Shown: in pieces, positions 48,149 to 55,529 of the stretch
Position numbering within the stretch: the first letter of the stretch is position 1
Layout of the letters: each line of letters begins with the position of its first letter
NCBI GenBank assembly: GCA_964457415.1
Contig: CAYWFB010000001.1
Location: forward strand, 215 to 64,214
Source: an uncultured Eubacteriales bacterium
GTDB lineage: Bacteria > Bacillota > Clostridia > Oscillospirales > Acutalibacteraceae
Reading direction: 5' to 3'
Length of the DNA stretch: 64,000 nucleotides
Program-made: the position numbers and the translations under genes
Notes under the pieces: generated by a model
What the model was told of the DNA's origin: nothing
Databases searched by the model: none
The model's input: only the letters and a program-made list of their open reading frames with translations

Positions 48149-48187
48149 ATGAACGAAAAGAAAATAATTACTTTAGACTTCACTTAA
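48149..48187 (+). pseudogene. 12-codon stump of a second barstar-like gene
   Basis: GAGGA RBS plus ATGAACGAAAAGAAAATAATTACTTTAGACTTCACTTAA (MNEKKIITLDFT*). Parallels MEKKKIITLDLT of the intact gene. It ends 5 nt before repeat copy 2. Confidence 0.6.
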
Positions 48188-48192
48188 AATAG

Positions 48193-48214
48193 TTCAGCTA
48201 CTGTCACGACCACC
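48193..48214 (+). repeat. tRNA-3'-end-like direct repeat, degenerate copy 2
   Basis: TTCAGCTACTGTCACGACCACC shares CTGTCACGACCAC with copies 1 and 3. Followed by a stem-loop and T-run at 48219-48255. Confidence 0.55.
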
Positions 48215-48303
48215 GCCGAAAGCTCTGCAAAATAATTTTCAGGGCTTATTTTATTGTTTATAGCATAGAAATTTTTACTATAATATTATCACTTTTATAT
48301 TTT

Positions 48304-48384
48304 CCCTTATTTTGAGTACAATATTAAGGGAATAATTGCTTAAAAGGTTGACTTTCCCCTTATATTGCGTTAGAATATAAGGGA
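48304..48384 (+). promoter_or_regulatory. Fic promoter with two related palindromic operator-like sites
   Basis: TTGACT (48348-48353), 17-nt spacer, TAGAAT (48371-48376). Inverted repeat CCCCTTATAT (48357-48366) / ATATAAGGGA (48375-48384). An upstream related site is CCCTTAT (48304-48310) / ATTAAGGG (48323-48330). Confidence 0.6.
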
Positions 48385-48404
48385 ATAAGTAAGGAGGTAA
48401 GGGA

Positions 48405-49451
48405 ATGAGAACTTTTAACTACTCCAAAATTAAAGAGCAAAAATGGGATTCTGACATTCTCGGCTTGATTGCTGCTATTTATAAAGAGGCAGGAAAGCAG
48501 GAATTGTATCTCAAGCAAAAGCCCGAAAAACTTGAAAAGCTTGTTGAGATTGCAAAGGTGCAAAGTACAGAGGCTTCTAACGCCATTGAAGGTATCGTTA
48601 CAACAAGCACTCGTGTTAGGCAGTTAGTTGAAGAAAAGACTACTCCCAGAACTCGTGACGAGCAAGAAATCGCAGGTTATCGTGATGTATTGAATATAAT
48701 TCATGAAAGTTTTGATGCAATTCCGTTGACTCAGAATTATATACTTCAGCTTCACAAAATGTTATACAGCCATATGAACAACCCAATGGCAGGTAAAACC
48801 AAGAGTGTGCAGAATTATATAAGTTCCACATATCCTGATGGTCATACTGAAACGCTATTCACTCCACTTTCACCTTTTGAAACACCTGAAGCACTTGATA
48901 AAATTTGTGAGGAGTTCAACAGAGTTATCGGCAATATGGAAGTTGAGCCATTGATTGCAATTCCGATTTTCATTCACGACTTCCTTTGCATCCATCCATT
49001 TAACGATGGCAATGGTAGAATGAGTCGTCTGCTTACCACATTACTCCTTTACAGAAGTGGTTTTCATGTTGGTAAGTATATTTCACTTGAAGCTAAAATA
49101 GCAAAAAATAAAGACCTTTACTATGATGCACTCAGCAAGGCACAAATTGGTTGGCACGAAGGGAATGAAGATAATGTTCCTTTCATCAAATACCTTCTTG
49201 GCACAATTCTTGCAGCATACAAGGATTTTGAAGAACGATTTAAGTTGATTGAGGAAAAACTGCCTGCAATTGAAATTGTGAGAAAAGCAACTCAGATTAA
49301 AATCGGGCGTTTTACCAAGCAGGATATTCGCGAACTCTGTCCTTCACTCAGTATAAGCACTCTCGAAGGTGCATTACGCAAAATGGTTGAATCCGGCGAA
49401 TTAAAGCGTGAAGGTAATGGTAAAAATACCTACTATTATCGATTGAGATAA
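48405..49451 (+). CDS. Fic-family protein (AMPylase-type) with N-terminal inhibitory helix motif and C-terminal wHTH-like region
   Basis: HPFNDGNGRMSRLL (HxFx[D/E]GNGRxxR). SNAIEG fits the [S/T]xxxE[G/N] auto-inhibition motif. AAGGAGGT RBS. Confidence 0.88.
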   Translation: MRTFNYSKIKEQKWDSDILGLIAAIYKEAGKQELYLKQKPEKLEKLVEIAKVQSTEASNAIEGIVTTSTRVRQLVEEKTTPRTRDEQEIAGYRDVLNIIHESFDAIPLTQNYILQLHKMLYSHMNNPMAGKTKSVQNYISSTYPDGHTETLFTPLSPFETPEALDKICEEFNRVIGNMEVEPLIAIPIFIHDFLCIHPFNDGNGRMSRLLTTLLLYRSGFHVGKYISLEAKIAKNKDLYYDALSKAQIGWHEGNEDNVPFIKYLLGTILAAYKDFEERFKLIEEKLPAIEIVRKATQIKIGRFTKQDIRELCPSLSISTLEGALRKMVESGELKREGNGKNTYYYRLR

Positions 49452-49556
49452 AAATCTCCACCCTGACAAATTTGCAACAGTTTTCGCTATTGTTTTTTGT
49501 TTTGTGAGTGGTATAATTTATTTATATTCAAGTACTATTATGAAAGAAGTGGAAAT

Positions 49557-51101
49557 ATGGTAAAAAACTATGATGCAGTTGTTATCGGTGCAGGTAATGG
49601 CGGACTTGTGGCATCAGCACGACTTGCCAAAGAGGGAAAAAAGACGTTACTTATTGAACGTCACAATTTACCCGGTGGTTTTGCCACAAGCTTTGTGAGA
49701 GGTAGATTTGAATTTGAAGCATCTCTTCACGAACTCTGTGGCATAGGCTCAATTACGGAAAAATCACCACTGCTTAAAATCTTTCAGGAGGTTGGTGCAG
49801 CAGATAAAATGGAATGGGTTGCACTTGATGAAGCATTCAGGTTGCTCACATTGGATGAAAACGATAAGTGCGACTATTCAATGCCTTTGGGTAAAGAGGC
49901 TTTTATTGCTAAACTCGAAGAATATGACCCCGGCTCTGCTCCTGTAGTTACAAAGATTTTTGACCTTATTGAAAGTATTGAAAAAACCTTGGTTTTCGTA
50001 AGCAATATTGAAGATTTCAAACCATCAATGATAAAAGAAATTTTTTCTGAGCATACAGATTTTCTTAAAATAGCAAACTATTCTGTTGATGAGGTACTGA
50101 AATCATTCGGAGCAAGTCAGAAAACAAAGGATATACTTAACGGATATTGGTGTTATCTTGGTCAACCTACTGATGAACTTAATGTTATTCACTATTTCAC
50201 AATGCTTCATTCATACATTATTGATGGTGCTGTTATTCCTAAGGGCAGAAGTCACCAGATAAGCACTGCTTTGCTTGAGGCATTTACCGAAAATGGTGGT
50301 GAGGCCTGGTTTAACACAAGCGTTAAGAAAATAAACGTTGAAAATGGCGTGGCAACAGGTGTTGTACTTGATGACGGTACACAAATAAACGCTAAAGCAG
50401 TTATCTGCAACGCTTCACCATATAATGCTTACACAAAACTTATAGATGAAAGTGCTATTCCTGAGAAACTTAAAAAAGAAGTCAATGCTAAAACATTGGG
50501 GGCAAAAGGTTTTGTAGTATTTTTAGGACTTAACCGTTCTGTAGATGAGTTAGGACTGAACAACCACACATATTTCATTTATCCGACTAACGACAACAGA
50601 AAGTGCTATGAACTCAGCAAACGCATTGAAACAAATGATGTTCAAGCAACAGTTTGTCTTAACAGAGCATTTGACGATTGTTCCCCTGAGGGTACAAGCA
50701 TCCTTTATATGACTTCTATTTTTGCAGGAGATGAATGGAGCAAGGTTTCTGTTAAGGATTACCATAAAACAAAGCATGCCTTTGCAGAAAAAATGATAGA
50801 TAACTTTGAAAAAGCAACAGGTGTTAAAATTAAGGATTATATTGAAGAAATTGAAATTGCGACTCCTATGACTTATGCCCGTTATACAGATGCTCCTGCA
50901 GGAACTATTTACGGATACGAAGCAAGCAAGGAAGACGGTATCGTTAAAAGAATTGTTTTTGATTTGATAGATAAAGGCATACCGGGGCTTTACTTTGCAG
51001 GTGGCTATACTACAAGGCATATGGGTTATTCACCAAGCTATACAACCGGTGATATGGCAGCAAAGGCTGCAATACTCGCTATGGAAAAGGAGGTAAAGTA
51101 A
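49557..51101 (+). CDS. FAD-dependent oxidoreductase, phytoene-desaturase (CrtI)-like family
   Basis: YDAVVIGAGNGGLVASARLAKEGKKTLLIERHN.PGG. Start at M21 of the track ORF. Confidence 0.8.
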   Translation: MVKNYDAVVIGAGNGGLVASARLAKEGKKTLLIERHNLPGGFATSFVRGRFEFEASLHELCGIGSITEKSPLLKIFQEVGAADKMEWVALDEAFRLLTLDENDKCDYSMPLGKEAFIAKLEEYDPGSAPVVTKIFDLIESIEKTLVFVSNIEDFKPSMIKEIFSEHTDFLKIANYSVDEVLKSFGASQKTKDILNGYWCYLGQPTDELNVIHYFTMLHSYIIDGAVIPKGRSHQISTALLEAFTENGGEAWFNTSVKKINVENGVATGVVLDDGTQINAKAVICNASPYNAYTKLIDESAIPEKLKKEVNAKTLGAKGFVVFLGLNRSVDELGLNNHTYFIYPTNDNRKCYELSKRIETNDVQATVCLNRAFDDCSPEGTSILYMTSIFAGDEWSKVSVKDYHKTKHAFAEKMIDNFEKATGVKIKDYIEEIEIATPMTYARYTDAPAGTIYGYEASKEDGIVKRIVFDLIDKGIPGLYFAGGYTTRHMGYSPSYTTGDMAAKAAILAMEKEVK

Positions 51102-52265
51102 ATGAGCAAGAAATTTTCTGTAAACGGCACTTTCAAGGATAGTATAAATACTATAAAGTTTTTAACCGAGAGAAATCAGTTTATAAACAGTGCCGATGCG
51201 ACTTTACCAACCCGTACTGATGATTTTGGTGTAAACAAGGTTGCTAAAAGTATTCACCCTAAAGAGCAAAAACTTGTAATCAGCAGAATTGAAGAACATG
51301 GAAATATTGCAAAAAGTTATTATTTCAAAAGCGAAACAGCACTTGCATATTTCAAAGCAGGTCAATATCTTACCTTTAAGCTTGAAATAGGTAATTCAGT
51401 TGTTACTCGTTCATATTCAATTGCTTCATCCCCCGCAAGTGCATTAAATGGTGAATATCAGATTACTGTTAAACGCATCAGTGATGGTTTTGTTTCCGAT
51501 TACATTCTTGATAACTGGAGTGTGGGAGATGAAGTTACTGCTTATGCACCAGAAGGAAATATGACATATTGCCCATTAAGAGATGCTGAAAACATAGTTG
51601 CCATCGCAGGTGGTAGTGGTATTACTCCTTTCCTTTCACTTGCAAGAGCAATCGACCAAGGCGATGAGAATTGTACTCTTACTTTACTTTATGGTTGCAG
51701 AACATCGGACGAAATTCTTTTCAAATCAGAGCTTGATTCACTTTCTGAGAAAAACGAGAAAATCAATGTGATTTATGTGTTGAGTGACGGTGATGAAGAT
51801 GGCTATGAAAAAGGCTTTGTTGGTGCAGATATTATAAAGAAATATGCTCCTGAAGGAAATTACAGTATTTTTGTTTGTGGACCAGGTGGTTTATATGAAT
51901 TCCTTGAAACAGAGCTTCCAAAACTTGAAAAAGAAAGAAAATATATACGCTTTGAAGTTTTTTCTTCAGGTAAAAAGAAAGAAGAACCAAAAGAATTCAG
52001 CATCACGGTAATTAACCGTGGAAATGAGTCAGTAATTAAAGCAAGTAGTAATGAAACTGTTCTTTGTGCATTTGAACGTGCAGGTATAGAAGTTCCTGCA
52101 AGATGTCACACAGGTGAATGTGGTTTTTGCAGAAGTAAGCTTGTAAACGGTAAGGTTTATATACCTGAGGGCGAAGATAAGCGCCGTATAGCAGATATGC
52201 AATTTAATTTTATACATCCTTGCTGTTGCTACCCCGAAAGCGACCTTGTTGTAAGGATTAATTAG
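51102..52265 (+). CDS. ferredoxin-NAD(P) reductase-like flavoprotein with C-terminal plant-type [2Fe-2S] domain
   Basis: RSYSIAS (RxYS FAD motif), GGSGITPF, and CHTGECGFCRSKL (Cx4Cx2C). The ATG abuts the upstream stop (TAAATG). Confidence 0.8.
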   Translation: MSKKFSVNGTFKDSINTIKFLTERNQFINSADATLPTRTDDFGVNKVAKSIHPKEQKLVISRIEEHGNIAKSYYFKSETALAYFKAGQYLTFKLEIGNSVVTRSYSIASSPASALNGEYQITVKRISDGFVSDYILDNWSVGDEVTAYAPEGNMTYCPLRDAENIVAIAGGSGITPFLSLARAIDQGDENCTLTLLYGCRTSDEILFKSELDSLSEKNEKINVIYVLSDGDEDGYEKGFVGADIIKKYAPEGNYSIFVCGPGGLYEFLETELPKLEKERKYIRFEVFSSGKKKEEPKEFSITVINRGNESVIKASSNETVLCAFERAGIEVPARCHTGECGFCRSKLVNGKVYIPEGEDKRRIADMQFNFIHPCCCYPESDLVVRIN

Positions 52266-52280
52266 TGAATTGAATCTATA

Positions 52281-52302
52281 TTTCGACTCCTGTCACGACC
52301 AC
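52281..52302 (+). repeat. tRNA-3'-end-like direct repeat, copy 3
   Basis: TTTCGACTCCTGTCACGACCAC is identical to copy 1. It lies 16 nt after the reductase stop. Confidence 0.65.
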
Positions 52303-52329
52303 AACCTCAGCACCTCGGTATTGATACAC

Positions 52330-52366
52330 GAGAAATCCCTTGAAATATAGGGGTTTCTTCATTTTG
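52330..52366 (+). terminator. stem-loop with T-run following repeat copy 3
   Basis: gagaaatccc ttgaaatata ggggtttcttc attttg. Confidence 0.55.
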
Positions 52367-52535
52367 CAAGCAAAATTAGTGCTCTTTTTAGGGCACTTTT
52401 TTGTTTTTAGAATTTCTCAAAAAATCAAATCGTAAACGGAGTACAAAAAATCGGACAGTTTCAAATATTTTTAATTGAGTATAAATACTTATTGTGATAT
52501 TATAGTCTTAGCAAATTATAAAAGGATGGTGCAAA

Positions 52536-52847
52536 ATGTATAGATGGGAAACTGACAAAAAGACTTATTTAAGATTAAAAGAATGTTTGAACGAATTGCA
52601 CCCTGAAATCAAGATTGAATTGATTGCTTATGACGAAAACCTTGAAAAATTAGCATTTACTCAATCCGCACCTTGTGTAGTTAACTTGTATTTAACTAAA
52701 GAACAACGTAGAATTCTATTAGATGAACTTGAAATGATTGAAATGGATGCAATCGATATCAGTGATAAAAAATCTAATGAAAGATATGAAAAATACGGCT
52801 GGCTTTGGGCTGTTTTTTATGATTTAGAGGAAGAAAAATATGAGTAA
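52536..52847 (+). CDS. hypothetical acidic 103-aa protein
   Basis: ORF with AAAGGATGG RBS. No recognisable motif. Confidence 0.4.
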   Translation: MYRWETDKKTYLRLKECLNELHPEIKIELIAYDENLEKLAFTQSAPCVVNLYLTKEQRRILLDELEMIEMDAIDISDKKSNERYEKYGWLWAVFYDLEEEKYE

Positions 52848-53286
52848 AGGTTATGAAGCTATTTGCATTAAAGAAGCAGAAGATGAAAATATGGTGAATG
52901 CAGATTGCTCTACTCTTTGGGAATTCTGGGACGCTTGGCGTGGCACTAAAAACCACGCATGGAGTGGTGGACCACTTGTGATAATGAGTAAACATTTTGC
53001 AGGTATCACTCCCCTTTCACCAGGCTATGAAAAGGTTAAAATCGACCCTCAATACACCTTGTCTAACAGTATGAATTGTACTGTCCCAAGTGTAAAAGGG
53101 TTATTCACTCTGGATTATGAAAAGGTTTCAGATAATTACACTATCAACCTTACCCTCCCACAAGATGCGAATGCTGTTTTATATGTGCCAACCGACGCTA
53201 CAGTAAATATCAATTCAGAAACTTATTACCAAAACGGTAATTACATAAACACCGAAATCGGTAATGTGGAGATTGTGGAAAAGTAA
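52840..53286 (+). pseudogene. C-terminal remnant of a GH78 alpha-L-rhamnosidase-like gene
   Basis: STLWEFWDAW.GTKNHAWSGGPLVIMSKHFAGITPLSPGYEKVKIDPQ plus a beta-sandwich tail matches the last ~125 aa of bacterial rhamnosidases. The ~700-aa N-terminal part is absent. Confidence 0.55.
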
Positions 53287-53318
53287 TCTAAAATTTAATA
53301 AATCAACAATAAAAAAAG

Positions 53319-53365
53319 CAACGCCTATGAAGTTATCATTTAACCTCATGGGTGTTGTTGTTTGC
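53319..53365 (+). terminator. imperfect stem-loop with T-rich tail
   Basis: caacgcctatgaag ... cctcatgggtgttg ttgtttg. Shares GCCTATGAAGTT...ACCTCAT.GG with 54541-54585. Confidence 0.5.
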
Positions 53366-53484
53366 TAATACCACAAAAACGGACTATCCACATGAAACAT
53401 TTCTTCTGTTTCATGTACGTTTATATGTACACTTATCAAATTATTATAGTTACAAAATACTGATTATATGTTAAAATCATATCG

Positions 53485-53721
53485 GTGATGAAAATGAAAA
53501 ATTTATCATGTGAAGAACTTAATAAATTAATTGAAGAAGGCAAGAAAAAATACGGTAGAGCTTTCACATGTTATTGGAAAAGCAATCCCGATTGGTATGA
53601 TTACGATGAAAACGATGAGCCATATTTAACTTTATTAGCGCCACCTGAAGCACAGGCAAGTTTTAAGATGAGTATGGATAAATTAAAAAAATCGATAGAA
53701 ACAGGGATTATTTACGATTAA
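53485..53721 (+). CDS. hypothetical 78-aa protein
   Basis: ORF only. No recognisable motif. Confidence 0.35.
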   Translation: MMKMKNLSCEELNKLIEEGKKKYGRAFTCYWKSNPDWYDYDENDEPYLTLLAPPEAQASFKMSMDKLKKSIETGIIYD

Positions 53722-53766
53722 GCAAATTTAAATATTTTTTGATATATAGTATTTAGGTGAAGAATT

Positions 53767-54531
53767 ATGAACGGTTTATTTGTACGCGAAATAAGTATAA
53801 AATGCGATATACCACGCGGGAATTACATCAACAATCTTCCCGTGGTGGATTGGCTTAAAAGCAACTCTTTGGAATTCAACAAACCTGTGACTTTTATTGT
53901 AGGCGAAAACGGAATTGGCAAGTCAACACTTATTGAGGGGCTTGCGGTTGCTTTGGGCTTCAATGCCGAGGGCGGAAGTAAGAATTTCAACTTTTCAACC
54001 GAGAATTCACACTCAGATTTGCACGAATATTTAAGTGTCCGCAGAGGATTAAAGCAACCTCGTGACGGATTTTTCTTGCGTGCCGAGAGCTTTTACAATG
54101 TGGCATCCAACATTGACCAGATGGACAGAATGCCTGCCGCCGCTCCGCCTGTAATCGACAGCTACGGCGGTGTGTCACTCCACGCGCAATCCCATGGCGA
54201 AAGCTTTATCGCTCTCACCGAAAACCGATTTGGCGGAAACGGACTTTATATCCTTGACGAGCCTGAAGCCGCACTCTCTCCAATGCGAATCATGAGGCTT
54301 ATGTGCAATATCGACCACCTTGTAAAGCAAGGCTCACAGTTTATAATCTCAACCCATTCTCCAATCCTGATGACCTTCCCCGACGCCGATGTTTACGAAA
54401 TAACTCACGAGGGAATAAACCTCGTCCCCTACTCCCAAACCGAGCATTTCCAAATCACAAAACAATTCCTCAACAACCCCGAACGAATGCATAAATATTT
54501 GTTTGAGGAGCAAATACCTATTTTAAAATAA
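53767..54531 (+). CDS. stand-alone ABC/SMC-like AAA ATPase (COG3910-type)
   Basis: Walker A GENGIGKST, signature-like SHGESF, Walker B LYILDEPEAALSP, H-loop STHSPIL. Confidence 0.85.
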   Translation: MNGLFVREISIKCDIPRGNYINNLPVVDWLKSNSLEFNKPVTFIVGENGIGKSTLIEGLAVALGFNAEGGSKNFNFSTENSHSDLHEYLSVRRGLKQPRDGFFLRAESFYNVASNIDQMDRMPAAAPPVIDSYGGVSLHAQSHGESFIALTENRFGGNGLYILDEPEAALSPMRIMRLMCNIDHLVKQGSQFIISTHSPILMTFPDADVYEITHEGINLVPYSQTEHFQITKQFLNNPERMHKYLFEEQIPILK

Positions 54532-54540
54532 GAGTATAAA

Positions 54541-54585
54541 AAAGCCTATGAAGTTTGAAACTCAATCTTACCTCATAGGCTTTTC
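54541..54585. terminator. bidirectional terminator between the ATPase and the MBL operon
   Basis: aaagcctatgaag ... cctcataggcttt, 12/13 stem. Confidence 0.7.
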
Positions 54586-54635
54586 ACTGTTTGTCTGCAG
54601 TTAATTTTGGATAGTAATTTTATTATTCTCTCCCT

Positions 54636-55478
54636 TCAATAATCAGCCCTTCCCCAATCTACATTACAGTGTCCATCTTCAATATCAAAGGTTATTGTAC
54701 CTTCATTTCTTGTTGTCAGAACATACCTGTAATTACCATCCAATTTTGCTCCTCTGCCTTTATAAAGGCGTGCTGTATCGTTCTGTGTTTCATGTTCAAT
54801 AGATTTATCTGATACAACGGTAAGATATGGATTAACACAATTGAAAAAATCCTGACAAAACTCGCCGGTTCTTCCATGATGAGGCGCCAATAAAACTGTT
54901 GCATTTTTTACTTTTGAGCAAATATCTTCATGATTTTCATCCATCATTCTTTGAAGAATTGATTTCGGATTATCTCCTGTTAAAACGAATTTATATCTAT
55001 ATGCATTAACTACTACTATGCTTGAAAAAGTATTTAAATCTTGCTTGGTGGTCCACTGTGATTTAGGTAATATAAACTCAAAAGAGACGCCCCCATTTGC
55101 CGTTTTTTCTGTTGGCAATTCATTCATATTTACGGGCTGATTATATGAAGCATTCATCTTGTTAGCGATGTCTGCTATATTTCTATGTATATATGTATTT
55201 TGTGTCGGTATAATGTTGAATGCTTCTGTGGGTCTATTTAGAACTCTTGGGTGGAGTTCTGCATATAATTTAGGCAAATCATAAATATGGTCTTCGTGAG
55301 GGTGTGTGATAATTAGCTCATCAACAGCACCACTATAACCGTTAAAATATTTTCTTTTAATATGTTCTACAATACTTTTATCAGTTTTGCTACCGACATC
55401 TACCAATATATGTTTATTATTTGGTGTAATAATATGACAACAACTACCATGGTCTACATCATAAAAAATTATTTTCAT
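54636..55478 (-). CDS. ComEC/Rec2-type MBL-fold metallo-hydrolase (280 aa)
   Basis: FYDVDHGSCCHI...LVDVG, ITHPHEDHIYDL (HxHxDH), LTGD, LLAPHHGR. Confidence 0.8.
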   Translation of the reverse strand: MKIIFYDVDHGSCCHIITPNNKHILVDVGSKTDKSIVEHIKRKYFNGYSGAVDELIITHPHEDHIYDLPKLYAELHPRVLNRPTEAFNIIPTQNTYIHRNIADIANKMNASYNQPVNMNELPTEKTANGGVSFEFILPKSQWTTKQDLNTFSSIVVVNAYRYKFVLTGDNPKSILQRMMDENHEDICSKVKNATVLLAPHHGRTGEFCQDFFNCVNPYLTVVSDKSIEHETQNDTARLYKGRGAKLDGNYRYVLTTRNEGTITFDIEDGHCNVDWGRADY

Positions 55479-55529
55479 AAAACTATACTCCTTTAAATAT
55501 TAATAAGTAAACATACCTTTCATAATTTT

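Noticed and set aside
53319-54585. Integron attC sites for the paired hairpins
   Set aside because: The ends do not fit the RYYYAAC/GTTRRRY cores, and there is no intI gene.
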